Notes: generated from the sequence alone by a model not told the origin. Positions 50,080-60,324 are shown, numbered from the stretch's first letter. The stretch: DNA of 64,000 nucleotides from Alloprevotella sp. (GCA_045656425.1 JAZORE010000041.1:4579-68578); one strand, 5' to 3'. Numbers and translations are program-made.

Positions 50080-52008
50080 CTACTTCTTGTCGTAAATTTC
50101 GTAAACAGAATTCTTTGAGATAAACTCTGGGACGATCTGTTTCATGAACTTCACCATTTCGGGAATTTCTACGATGCGGCTGTAATGTTCAAGTTTGTCG
50201 ACTGCAGCGCAAGCGTCTTCATAATTGTATTCACGAACCTTGGCAATGTGAATGCGCATGTGCTCTGTAGGAATGGTATTCTCAGCATTTGAGAGCACTT
50301 CCTCATAGAGTTTTTCACCTGGGCGAAGTCCTGTGTACTCAATATTTATATCTTTACCCTCTACCAATCCTGCCAGTTTGATCATGCGCTTTGCAAGGTC
50401 TGCAATCTTCACGCTTGCTCCCATATCAAAGACAAAGATTTGATTACCGTCCGTCATTGTCGCTGCTTCCATTACGAGGCGACAGGCTTCAGGAATCGTC
50501 ATGAAGAAACGGGTAATTTCGGGATGCGTAACCGTAATCGGTCCGCCCTTAGCGATTTGTTCGCGGAAACGGGGGATTACCGAACCGTTAGAACCGAGCA
50601 CGTTACCAAAACGTGTGGTCACAAACTTCGTCTTACCCTTTGTTTTACCCTGCTCCATGCTCAAGCCGAGACTCTGCACGTAGATTTCAGCCAAACGCTT
50701 CGTACATCCCATGATATTCGTGGGGTTCACCGCCTTATCGGTGCTGACCATTACCATTTCTTCTACGTCGTACTTGAGACAGAAGTCAGCCACATTACGC
50801 GAACCATACACATTAACTAACACTGCCTCACATGGATTTTCTTCCATCAAGGGCACGTGCTTATAGGCTGCAGCATGGAACACTACTTGAGGACGGAATT
50901 TACGGAAAGCAAAGTCAAGACGCTGGGGTTGACGCACGTCTCCAATTACTGGAACGAAGTTCAAATCAGGGAAACGTTCTTCAAATTCCAAACGCACATT
51001 GTGCATGGGAGTTTCGGCGTTGTCAAACATCACAAGTTGCTTGATGCCAAAGGTTGCCAACTGGCGACAGAGCTCCGAACCGATACTACCAGCAGCCCCT
51101 GTTACCATTACCACCTTGCCTGCGAAGTTGTTTTTGATTACCTCCATGTTAATCTTGATTTCCTCACGTCCAAGGAGGTCTTCAATCTTCACCTCACGAA
51201 TCACGGTGCGCTCAGCTGTGCGCGACTTACCATATTCGTCCATGGGAGGCGTAATCAAGAACTTCATTCCCACCTCCATACCGAAAAGTATTAAACGTTC
51301 GCGTTCTGACGAAGCACTGCGCTGTGTGGGGAAGATGATGGCATCAATGCCATACTTCTCATAAACAAACTTCACGTCCTCCACAGAATTGAAATAATTG
51401 CCTGGAAGATTGTGGAGCGTAAAGCGCTTTGCCGACTTACCGTAATCAATAAATCCCTTGATGCGATAAGATGAAGAACCCTTAAAACGAAGTGCCAATG
51501 ATGCCGCCTTTTCGTCACTACCATACACCAACACATTCAGCGTCTGATCGTTGTAGGGAAGGTTAAACTTCAAGAAATCATAGGTCACAATCATCAACAC
51601 GCGCACTACCATCAATGCCCCAAAAGTAAAGATGAGGTCAAAGATAAGTAAGGCTGACGTAAGGCGAATTGACCAAGTGATTAGACCAAAAATAAGTCCA
51701 GCAATCAATGTCAACGCAAAAGATTTAATTACCACGGCTCCTAAAATGCGCGTAAAGTCACGCAAAGTAGAGTGGCGAATAATCGTACGATAGGTAGCAA
51801 ATACGCTGAAGCACAATAAGGATATAAGCAAAGACAATCCTACCCACACAAGGGAAAAGTTCACCTCTGGTCTCATCTTGCCTATCAAGACAAACATGAG
51901 CAGCGTACTGAACGAAGCCAAGACCGAACAGAAGACGTCAATCGCCAAAATCAACCACGGACTCAGGTAACGCTTCGGAAACAATTTCTTTTTCAGATGT
52001 AACAACAT
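50080..52008 (-). CDS. CapD/WbpM-type membrane UDP-GlcNAc 4,6-dehydratase
   Basis: N-terminal TMs; IEDLLGR, TGAAGSIGSE, HAAAYKHVP, STDKAVNP, GLRPGEKLYEE. Confidence 0.9.
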   Translation of the reverse strand: MLLHLKKKLFPKRYLSPWLILAIDVFCSVLASFSTLLMFVLIGKMRPEVNFSLVWVGLSLLISLLCFSVFATYRTIIRHSTLRDFTRILGAVVIKSFALTLIAGLIFGLITWSIRLTSALLIFDLIFTFGALMVVRVLMIVTYDFLKFNLPYNDQTLNVLVYGSDEKAASLALRFKGSSSYRIKGFIDYGKSAKRFTLHNLPGNYFNSVEDVKFVYEKYGIDAIIFPTQRSASSERERLILFGMEVGMKFLITPPMDEYGKSRTAERTVIREVKIEDLLGREEIKINMEVIKNNFAGKVVMVTGAAGSIGSELCRQLATFGIKQLVMFDNAETPMHNVRLEFEERFPDLNFVPVIGDVRQPQRLDFAFRKFRPQVVFHAAAYKHVPLMEENPCEAVLVNVYGSRNVADFCLKYDVEEMVMVSTDKAVNPTNIMGCTKRLAEIYVQSLGLSMEQGKTKGKTKFVTTRFGNVLGSNGSVIPRFREQIAKGGPITVTHPEITRFFMTIPEACRLVMEAATMTDGNQIFVFDMGASVKIADLAKRMIKLAGLVEGKDINIEYTGLRPGEKLYEEVLSNAENTIPTEHMRIHIAKVREYNYEDACAAVDKLEHYSRIVEIPEMVKFMKQIVPEFISKNSVYEIYDKK

Positions 52009-52044
52009 TGCTATATAAAATTCTTGTTTAACTCTATAATAATT

Positions 52045-53208
52045 CTACGATTTTCTACGCCTCACCCGCCTCTTTATCAACGCACTAATCCAAACGTGCA
52101 TGGCTGTCCAAAGGAATATATCAATACAGAACAGCACATTTATATCAACAACTTCTATCAACAAGAGGTTGAGCAACACGAAGAATGCGGCAAGCATGAG
52201 TATCACAACGAGCGTTGCTCTGTGACTCAAACCAAGGTCTATAAAACGATGGTGGATGTGCGTACGGTCGGGCAAGAACGGATCTTTGTGGGCAAGAATG
52301 CGATTGCCAAACACACGGAACGTGTCTAACACGGGAATCATGATGATGGAGAACGCCACAACAAGCGGGGTAGTAAGCAATACTTCTTCTAAGGAAACAA
52401 TGTCGTCCTGTGGACCACTAAAAGCCGCCAAAGTTTCAAGGGATTCTGGTTTTGCCATCGAAAAACTAATAGCAAAATAGGCAAGAATAAGTCCTAACGT
52501 TTGCGACCCGCAATCTCCCATAAAGATTTTTCGACGACGCTCTACATTACCGTACACGTTGAAGAAGAAGAAGGTCAGCACGGCGCCCAATGTAGAGAAT
52601 GCCAACACGGCATTCAGCAGTTCGCCGATGTTGTAGAACAAACAACCGAAGAAGAAGCAAGCGATAATGGACAAGCCTGCCGCCAATCCGTCAATGCCAT
52701 CAATCAAGTTCATGGCGTTGATGATAAACACGGTAGCTGTGACGCTCAAAGGCACCCCAAACCATGCGGGAATGTCAGTAAACCCAAAGAGGCCGTAAAA
52801 GTTATTCAGGTAGATTCCCGCAAATGCCAAACACGCAGCGCCAAGGAACTGAACTAAGAACTTCAACTTGTAGCCGGAATCCAAAATGTCATCCGTAACT
52901 CCTCCGAAGTAGATGAGCAACATCCCCGATATGAAGAGCAACAGCTGCATGGCATCTTCTCGGAAAAAGTCCAACAATTCTCGTTCTGACGCTAACAAGC
53001 TAAAGCCTAACGCCATGGCAACTCCCAAAATTATGGAAGGCGCAAAGGCGATTCCACCCAAACGCGACACCATCACCTTGTGCACTTTTCGCTCATCCAC
53101 TTTGTCAAACAAGCGACGGCGGTAAGAGATTTTTATCAGCTGTGGTATCAGCAAAAATGTGACGAATGCGCTTAGCGCAAACGCCAATATGATAGCAACA
53201 ACAGTCAT
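52045..53208 (-). CDS. WecA/TagO-like undecaprenyl-phosphate GlcNAc-1-phosphate transferase
   Basis: RKVH...RLGG, GVTDD, NAMNLIDGIDGLA, IFMGDCGS, PDRTHIHH. Confidence 0.88.
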   Translation of the reverse strand: MTVVAIILAFALSAFVTFLLIPQLIKISYRRRLFDKVDERKVHKVMVSRLGGIAFAPSIILGVAMALGFSLLASERELLDFFREDAMQLLLFISGMLLIYFGGVTDDILDSGYKLKFLVQFLGAACLAFAGIYLNNFYGLFGFTDIPAWFGVPLSVTATVFIINAMNLIDGIDGLAAGLSIIACFFFGCLFYNIGELLNAVLAFSTLGAVLTFFFFNVYGNVERRRKIFMGDCGSQTLGLILAYFAISFSMAKPESLETLAAFSGPQDDIVSLEEVLLTTPLVVAFSIIMIPVLDTFRVFGNRILAHKDPFLPDRTHIHHRFIDLGLSHRATLVVILMLAAFFVLLNLLLIEVVDINVLFCIDIFLWTAMHVWISALIKRRVRRRKS

Positions 53209-53394
53209 CAGATTTATTATTTCACCCCTTTGTTAAAAAAGATTTTACTATACGGGAATAGACACGTCAAAGAACCCGATGAAAATCATCGGAACAGAAT
53301 TTTCCCAGTAAGGTTAAGTAATTAAAAGATACAATTCTCCCTGTCGGAGCGCTCGTAATATTATGTATTTCAACGCATTACATAACAAACCATA

Positions 53395-53404
53395 GGGGGG
53401 GGGG
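53395..53404. repeat. G10 homopolymer in the putative leader of the polysaccharide operon
   Basis: catagggggg/ggggtacaccccc. Confidence 0.85.
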
Positions 53405-53484
53405 TACACCCCCAAAACGACCTATTCAAAAGTTGTTTGTCAACAATTTTTCAAAAATCGAAACACATTTTACGAGTTACTTTG

Positions 53485-53492
53485 CAAATATA
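53485..53492 (-). promoter_or_regulatory. -7 box TATATTTG, candidate promoter of the polysaccharide operon
   Basis: gcaaatata on the + strand, about 280 nt upstream of 53208. Confidence 0.5.
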
Positions 53493-54107
53493 GACATTAT
53501 TTATTTAGCAGACAAACAAAACTCTCAAATATTTTTCCCACTCGCCCTTAGCTTAGGAAATCAAGAAATAAAATATCGAGAATACTACATAGACTTTTAC
53601 ATTCGCACCATTCACCCCACAACATTCCAAAATCAATAACCACCGCTTGATCCAAAAATAAAGGAGGGTAGATTACCACAACAAGACATTCCCCATAGCA
53701 CTCCAGCAAACAAACTTTTTTATGCCCCATCAGCGTTACCCACACGTACCAATCAGCAACATGCTCCGTCAGAAGGAATTCTCCAAAAGTTCAATCAAAA
53801 TCACCCCAAAATCCCCGATGAAATCGCTGTTTTTAACCATTTGCGAAAGCCTCATTCCGTTCCTACCATCAGTCTTATGGAGACTTAGGAATCACCTTCC
53901 TCTTTCTACAAAAACTACACGGGAGATAAATTAAATCATTCCCCAATTATTTCAAATTAACATGGAATTAAAATTCACTTTCTCACTCATACGCAACACA
54001 AGAGAGAACCTCAAAAGCACCCATGCCTACTTTCTTTGAAAACTTTATCGTATATTAAATTTTCCTAAATAACCTTAACAGATTAAGCATGAACAGAAAA
54101 ATATACG

Positions 54108-54115
54108 TATCTTTG
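54108..54115 (+). promoter_or_regulatory. -7 box TATCTTTG
   Basis: About 65 nt upstream of 54179. Confidence 0.6.
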
Positions 54116-54178
54116 CTAATGAGAATCAAGAGGTTCATCCTCGTTACCCCAACAAATCCCTTACTCACTTAAACGGAT

Positions 54179-55078
54179 ATGATTATGAACAAATGGATAT
54201 TCACGCTGATTACACTGATAGTGAGCAGCACCCTCTACAGTTTTGCGCAGGATGACATCTACTTCGTACCCTCAAAAAAGAAGGTAACGAAGCAGGAAGT
54301 GCCTGTTTATGAATCCACAGAATACGATAGTTGGGCGGAGAACCGCGAAGGGGTGATGGACGTCGACTCCTACAACCGTCGTGGTGGAGCTACAGCGCGC
54401 CAACAGACTTATGATTACGACGCTGTGGACGACTCCGAGTCGCTCACCAACCGCATTGTGCGCTTTCATGCGCCTGGCATCACGGTAGTCAGCAGTCCTT
54501 ATTACACTGACTACATTGACATTTACACCGACCCTTGGTATAGTCCCTTCCGCCCGTATTATTGGTATGGATACGGATGGCATTACAGCTGGTACAATTC
54601 TTGGTGGGGAAGCCCCTATTATTGGAATTCCTACTGCTACGACCCGTGGTGGGGATGGCACAACCATTATCACCCCATCTACCACCATGGTCACCACCAC
54701 GGATGGTATCCTTCATTCGGAGGTCATCATCACCATTATTACCCCTCACGCACGGAGCATCGCCGTCCTGCAACTACCAACCGCGGATACCGCCCCAGCA
54801 CAGAGCGTGGCACACGCCCATCGGTAGGACAACGCCCCAGTCAAAACCGTGGCAATGCTTCAACCAACCGTGGTAACGCCTCTACCAATCGTGGCAACTC
54901 TTCAACAAATCGCAACAACGTTTCCAATGACCGAGGTAGTCGCAAACCTTCTTCAACAACCGCAACGCCCAGCCGCAACGAGCGCCCTTCTCGCTCTTTC
55001 GGTAACGGCGGAGGAGGAGGTAGCAGACCACAGCGCTCCATGGGCGGAGGAGGCAACTCTGGCGGAAGACGTAGGTAA
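54179..55078 (+). CDS. Secreted hypothetical protein with a Tyr/Trp/His-rich middle and an Arg/Ser/Gly-rich disordered tail
   Basis: Signal peptide, DDIYFVP, DVDSYNRR, RIVRFH; three NRGN(A/S)ST repeats. Confidence 0.75.
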   Translation: MIMNKWIFTLITLIVSSTLYSFAQDDIYFVPSKKKVTKQEVPVYESTEYDSWAENREGVMDVDSYNRRGGATARQQTYDYDAVDDSESLTNRIVRFHAPGITVVSSPYYTDYIDIYTDPWYSPFRPYYWYGYGWHYSWYNSWWGSPYYWNSYCYDPWWGWHNHYHPIYHHGHHHGWYPSFGGHHHHYYPSRTEHRRPATTNRGYRPSTERGTRPSVGQRPSQNRGNASTNRGNASTNRGNSSTNRNNVSNDRGSRKPSSTTATPSRNERPSRSFGNGGGGGSRPQRSMGGGGNSGGRRR

Positions 55079-55136
55079 TCATCGCTGAGGTGGCTACACC
55101 CTTTACATTTTTCAAGTTCCTCTTAATCTTTAATAT

Positions 55137-56681
55137 ATGAAACGAATCACTCTCCCCCTACTCCTGTTTGCGATGACCGCAACGGCACAGGATATATACC
55201 GCATGGAGTCATTCACTGCGACTGACCTTAACGGTACAGCACGCTTCGTAGGCATGGGCGGTGCAATGGGTGCCTTAGGTGCCGACCTCTCTGTAATGGG
55301 CACTAATCCTGCAGGGATCGGTCTCTATCGCCGTAGCGAAATTGCGACAACCGCAAGTCTGACAGCACAACCTCATGCTGAGAAATTTCATGACATAGGT
55401 CGCACGCGTGCCTCGTTTGACCAAATCGGTTTTATCTACGCTATGAACACGGACAGCTATGAGGGATTGAAATACATGAACTTCGGGGTAAACTACCAGA
55501 AGAGTCGTAATTTCAAGAACCACATCAACGTGCAAAACTTCGCCACAGGCGGACTTTCTCAGTCCTGGCAGATGATGGACCTTGCGTATGCTGATGGATG
55601 GTTGGACTTAGGGTATCGGGAAGACCGAGAACTGACGACGCCCTTCACCAACTTGGGATATGACACGCAACTCATCTACCCCACGTTCGACAGCGAGGGT
55701 TACGTCAATGGCTATGAACCTTCTGATGCCGACAATTATAGTTATCGCCGCGTACAATGGGGCGGTAATCACGAATGGGACTTCAACCTTGCGGCTAACA
55801 TTAACGACCGTGTTTATGTTGGTATTACGGCAAAGTATCATTTCTTGAACCAAAAGACGTTTACCGACTACTCTGAAATGCTTATTGACCCCGCTAACGC
55901 ATCGCTTCATGAATATTACTACCTTAACGATGAGCGCACGGAGGGCGAGGGCTACAGTGGTGCATTAGGTGTGATTTTCCGACCTGTTGAAGACAGTCCC
56001 TTCCGAGTAGGATTGAGCATTCACATGCCTACCTACTACGAAATCGAAACGTCGTCCGACCTTTACATGGAAAGTCCTTACGCAGATGGCAACCTGCCCT
56101 ACTCTGCCAAGGATGATGCCGTCTACAACAGTTATGAATTGCGCACCCCCTGGCGCTTCAACATTTCCATGGGGGGCACGGTGGGCAACTACCTTGCTTA
56201 TGGCGCTGAATACGAATACTACGACGCCAGTTCCATGCGCGTCACCTACGACAACGGGCTTTCTAAGGATTATGCCCTCAAGCATGAGGCAGACCGCTGC
56301 TTGCAGGGTGTGCATACGCTCCGTTTGGGTGCCGAACTTCGCATCGTTGACGGACTTTACGCACGTGCTGGCTACAACTACCAAAGTTCGCCCTACAAAA
56401 GCAGCGCCTACCTCAATCAATTCCTCAACAGTAGCAACTATTACTACGCTACCAACACGGACTACGTAAACCTTGGCGACCTTCAGCGCGTTACAGCAGG
56501 CGTAGGCTACCGTTCGGGCAGCTGGTACGCAGATATGGCATACCAATACCAAGTACAGACGGCTGACGTCTATGCCTTTCACCTCCCTGAGAGCAGTGGA
56601 AATACCGCCAACCGCTTGCAAGCAGCACAGGTGGATTTGAATCGCCACAACGTGCAATTTACGGTAGGCTATAAGTTTTAG
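55137..56681 (+). CDS. OmpP1/FadL-like outer-membrane transporter
   Basis: DLNGTARFVGMGGAMGALGADLS, NPAGIG, C-terminal VGYKF. Confidence 0.8.
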   Translation: MKRITLPLLLFAMTATAQDIYRMESFTATDLNGTARFVGMGGAMGALGADLSVMGTNPAGIGLYRRSEIATTASLTAQPHAEKFHDIGRTRASFDQIGFIYAMNTDSYEGLKYMNFGVNYQKSRNFKNHINVQNFATGGLSQSWQMMDLAYADGWLDLGYREDRELTTPFTNLGYDTQLIYPTFDSEGYVNGYEPSDADNYSYRRVQWGGNHEWDFNLAANINDRVYVGITAKYHFLNQKTFTDYSEMLIDPANASLHEYYYLNDERTEGEGYSGALGVIFRPVEDSPFRVGLSIHMPTYYEIETSSDLYMESPYADGNLPYSAKDDAVYNSYELRTPWRFNISMGGTVGNYLAYGAEYEYYDASSMRVTYDNGLSKDYALKHEADRCLQGVHTLRLGAELRIVDGLYARAGYNYQSSPYKSSAYLNQFLNSSNYYYATNTDYVNLGDLQRVTAGVGYRSGSWYADMAYQYQVQTADVYAFHLPESSGNTANRLQAAQVDLNRHNVQFTVGYKF

Positions 56682-56768
56682 ATGGTGAACGATTAAAGGT
56701 TAAAGGTGAACGGAGAAAGGTTAAAGGGAGAAATATTCCGACCTACAGAAAACCATATCCTTTTCCCG

Positions 56769-56836
56769 AAAAACAAATCGGCACTTAAATAAAAAGAATC
56801 GGCATTTAGTTCAAACTAAGTGCCGATTCTTTTTTG
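56769..56836. repeat. Copy of the TCGGCAC family forming a hairpin between convergent genes
   Basis: aatcggcactta ... aaaaagaatcggcatttag / ctaagtgccgattcttttt. Confidence 0.7.
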
Positions 56837-56853
56837 CTATATCCCCTATACTT

Positions 56854-57549
56854 TTATTCCACGCGCTGTTTTGTCAAATTATAGGCAAATTCCTCGATGA
56901 AATCGATGGTTTTTGCAACGCCAAGTACGGAAGAATTCAAACAGAGGTCGTACGTTTTTGCTTCTCCCCAGCGCGAAGAAGCATAGAAATTGTAATAGGT
57001 TTCACGGGTGCTATCACCATTGTTCATGAGGCGCTTTGCCTCCTTCTCATCCACATTACATTGGCGCTTGATACGCGCTATGCGGTCCGCCTCATCTGCA
57101 GAAATAAAAATATTCAGGCAGTTGGGATAATCGCGCAACACATAATCAGCACAGCGCCCGATAAACACACCGCCCTTGAGCCTTGCCGCAGCCTTACGAA
57201 TCGCCTCCGCTTGAATGCGGAAGAGAGATTCGTCGGAAAGTTGGTTTTGATAGAAGCCCGTAGTGTGTCCAATCACGGGAACTACCGATTCAAAGAGCGA
57301 CTGGAAGAAGCCCTTGTGCTCATCACTACGCTCAAAGACCTCCGTACAGAATCCGCTTTCACGCGCAGCGATATCCAATAGTTCCTTGTCGTAATAATCC
57401 ATGCCAAAGCGGCGGGCGAGTTCCTTACCAATCTCACGTCCGCCACTACCCAGTTGACGACCAATATTGATAATCAAGGGGGCGGAATTTAATTCAGAGA
57501 ATGATAGATTTTCAACGGGCGTACCGTCAATATTGAAGAAGTTGTGCAT
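56854..57549 (-). CDS. Cytidylate-kinase-like family protein
   Basis: IGRQLGSGG, YYDKEL, VFIGRCADYVLR, YDLCLNSS. Confidence 0.85.
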   Translation of the reverse strand: MHNFFNIDGTPVENLSFSELNSAPLIINIGRQLGSGGREIGKELARRFGMDYYDKELLDIAARESGFCTEVFERSDEHKGFFQSLFESVVPVIGHTTGFYQNQLSDESLFRIQAEAIRKAAARLKGGVFIGRCADYVLRDYPNCLNIFISADEADRIARIKRQCNVDEKEAKRLMNNGDSTRETYYNFYASSRWGEAKTYDLCLNSSVLGVAKTIDFIEEFAYNLTKQRVE

Positions 57550-57643
57550 ACGAGGGGAGTAGATGAAAGGTTATCGAGAAACGGGGAGGGAGCGGACGTC
57601 GCGATGGTATCGCAACGAACAGAACGATGAACAAAGCCCCGTA

Positions 57644-59014
57644 TTAGTTATTTACTGTTTGCAGCGACTTAAAGGTCTTCATCTGCAACCATAGCATCAC
57701 GACGGAGACGATGGTGGCGAGGGCATCGGAGAGGGGCATAGCGTACCACACACCATCGACCTTGTTGTCCATAAACACGGGGAGGATAAGGATGGCGGGG
57801 AGCAGGAATAGCATTTGGCGCGTGAGCGACAGGAAGATGCTCTTGCCGGCGTAGCCGATACTCTGGAAGAAAGCGGTAGAAACGATTTGGAATCCAATAA
57901 GCGGGAAGCACATCACCTGAATGCGCAAGCCATGGGCGGCGGCAGCAATGAGTTCGGGGGAATCCTTAGCAAACGGAGTGACACAAAATTCGGAGAAGAA
58001 CGTGCCAATGATAAACCCTGTGGTGGTAATACACGTTGCCACGATGATAGAGAGTTTCAACACCCTCATGATGCGGTCAAACTTACGTGCCCCAAAATTA
58101 TACCCCGCAATGGGTTGCATCCCTTGGTTCAACCCAATCACCACCATGACCACAAAGAGCGCCAAGCGGTTTACCACCCCAAAGGCACCTACCGCAATAT
58201 CACCACCATAGGTAGTCATGGAGCGCGTTACGAAGATCGCCACCGTGCAAGCACAAAGGTTGATTAAGAAGTTGGGAGCACCGATCGTCAGCGACTCTTT
58301 CAAAATCTTCTTTTTCAAGCGAATACGTTTCGACTCCAAGCGGATGGGCGAGTCGGGGGAAGTAAAAAGATGCATCTCCCACACCAGCATGATCACCTGC
58401 GCCAAAATAGTAGCAGCCCCTGCACCCATAATGCCCCACTTGAAGACAAAGATGAACAAGGGTGCAAGAAGGCAGTTGAGAAGGACGGTTCCAAAGGTGG
58501 CATACATCGCCTGTTTCGGACGGTTGGTAGAACGCAACAACGAGTTGAGACCAAGATAAAGGTGGGTCACGATATTCCCCGAAAGAATCACGGTCATGAA
58601 GTCGCGTGCCGGACCTATTGTATAGTCACTCGCACCAAAGAATCGTAAAACGGGGTCGATAACCATCAGCAGCAGGATTCCGAGCGACGAACCCATGATT
58701 AAGTTCATAATCACCACGTTACCCAAGATATCGCGTGCCGTTTCGTAATCCTTTTGTCCGAGTTTTACGGACATAAGTGTCGAACCGCCCACACCGACCA
58801 TCGCCCCAAAGGCGGCAGTCAGCGACATGACGGGACCCGTCAGGGCAAGTCCCATAATAGCCTCCTCGCCCACACCCTGACCAATGAAGATGGCATCAAT
58901 GATGTGGTAGAGCGACGAAGCCGTCATGGCGATAATGGCGGGGATAGCGTACTGCATGAGCAGGCTACCCACGGGGCGCTCGCCAAGTTCCAAGAATTTA
59001 TTTTCGTCTTTCAT
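57644..59014 (-). CDS. MATE-family efflux transporter
   Basis: YAIPAIIAM, DAIFIGQGVG, GMQPIAGYNFGA, LSLTRQ, GVWYAMP. Confidence 0.9.
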   Translation of the reverse strand: MKDENKFLELGERPVGSLLMQYAIPAIIAMTASSLYHIIDAIFIGQGVGEEAIMGLALTGPVMSLTAAFGAMVGVGGSTLMSVKLGQKDYETARDILGNVVIMNLIMGSSLGILLLMVIDPVLRFFGASDYTIGPARDFMTVILSGNIVTHLYLGLNSLLRSTNRPKQAMYATFGTVLLNCLLAPLFIFVFKWGIMGAGAATILAQVIMLVWEMHLFTSPDSPIRLESKRIRLKKKILKESLTIGAPNFLINLCACTVAIFVTRSMTTYGGDIAVGAFGVVNRLALFVVMVVIGLNQGMQPIAGYNFGARKFDRIMRVLKLSIIVATCITTTGFIIGTFFSEFCVTPFAKDSPELIAAAAHGLRIQVMCFPLIGFQIVSTAFFQSIGYAGKSIFLSLTRQMLFLLPAILILPVFMDNKVDGVWYAMPLSDALATIVSVVMLWLQMKTFKSLQTVNN

Positions 59015-59147
59015 TGTTGAAGAAAATATACGCAAATGGGGTAAGAACGCTGTGCTTAGCCACCAAGAATAGCGGTAAATTCTCAAGTGGGAATCCGAGT
59101 TCAGCATCCTACACCGTTGCAAAGTTAAAAACTATTGCTTCACACTA

Positions 59148-59235
59148 AAAATTATTCGGCACTTATTTCAAAATAATCGGGAGATAATTCAAAATAAGTG
59201 CCGATTCGTTTTTGCTAAGTCGGACATTTGTTTTT
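59148..59235. repeat. Copy of the ~22-bp TCGGCAC repeat family
   Basis: ttcggcacttatttcaaaataa / tcgggagataattcaaaataa / gtgccgattcg. Confidence 0.6.
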
Positions 59236-59394
59236 CAACCTCTGGAGTTGACCGAAAAACATGCCATTCCGTGACTTTCTTCGCTGCTTTTTTCATCCCT
59301 CAACAGGGCAAAAAAGGAAGGTCTAAATATTTCTAAAAAAATATTGCTTTTTGATTTCAGCAAGTCACCGAAAAGCGCTAATTTTACACTCTAA

Positions 59395-60318
59395 ATGAAG
59401 GAACCTAAAAAAATAGATTGTTATCACGTTCCCGTGATGCTTTCCGAATGCCTGGACGCGATGGATTTGCGTCCCGATGGCACGTATGTAGACGTCACTT
59501 TCGGTGGTGGCGGACACAGTAAAGAAATTCTCAAACACCTCTCTGACGAGGGACATCTCTTTGGCTTTGACCAAGATGCCGATGCCGAACAAAACATCCC
59601 TGCCGACGACGAGCGTTTCACCTTTGTCAGGAGCAATTTCCGCTACCTGAAAAATTGGATGCGTTACTACGATGTTGAAGGTGTGGATGCCCTTCTTGCC
59701 GACTTGGGGGTAAGTAGCCACCACTTCGATGCCGAAGAGCGCGGATTCTCGTTTCGCTTCGATGCTCCGCTGGACATGCGCATGAATGGGCGTGGAGGGA
59801 TGACGGCTGCCGATGTGGTCAACAAGTATTCCGAAGAACAGTTGGGTAACATCTTCTTCCTCTTTGGAGAGTTGAAGAACGGGCGCAAGTTGGCAAATGT
59901 CATCGTCAAAGCACGCAGTCAGCAACCCATCATCATGATTCAGGATCTGCTGGACATCGTCAAACCCCTCATGGGGCGCGACCGCGAGAAGAAAGACTTG
60001 GCAAAGGTATTCCAAGCCCTCCGCATAGAAGTCAATCACGAGATGGACGCCCTGCAAGAAATGCTTGAAGGTGCGCTAAAGGTGTTGAAACCTGGGGGCA
60101 GATTGGTAGTCATGACCTATCATTCCCTTGAAGACCGCATGGTAAAGAACTTCATGCGCAGCGGAAACATCGAGGGTAAGGTGGAACAAGACTTCTTCGG
60201 CAATCGTACCGCCCCCATCCGTCCCTTGAGCAACAAGGTCATCATACCCTCGGCAGAAGAGCAGGAACAAAACCCCAGAAGCCGTAGCGCGAAGCTAAGG
60301 GTGGCGGAAAAGATTTAA
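59395..60318 (+). CDS. rsmH: 16S rRNA m4C1402 methyltransferase
   Basis: YHVPVML, DVTFGGGGHS, DLGVSSH, LDMRM, FQALRIEVN, NPRSRSAKLR. Confidence 0.96.
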   Translation: MKEPKKIDCYHVPVMLSECLDAMDLRPDGTYVDVTFGGGGHSKEILKHLSDEGHLFGFDQDADAEQNIPADDERFTFVRSNFRYLKNWMRYYDVEGVDALLADLGVSSHHFDAEERGFSFRFDAPLDMRMNGRGGMTAADVVNKYSEEQLGNIFFLFGELKNGRKLANVIVKARSQQPIIMIQDLLDIVKPLMGRDREKKDLAKVFQALRIEVNHEMDALQEMLEGALKVLKPGGRLVVMTYHSLEDRMVKNFMRSGNIEGKVEQDFFGNRTAPIRPLSNKVIIPSAEEQEQNPRSRSAKLRVAEKI

Positions 60319-60324
60319 GAGAAA

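Noticed and set aside
53208-54179. Invertible promoter for the polysaccharide locus
   Set aside because: I could not find flanking inverted repeats around the -7 box or an adjacent recombinase gene.
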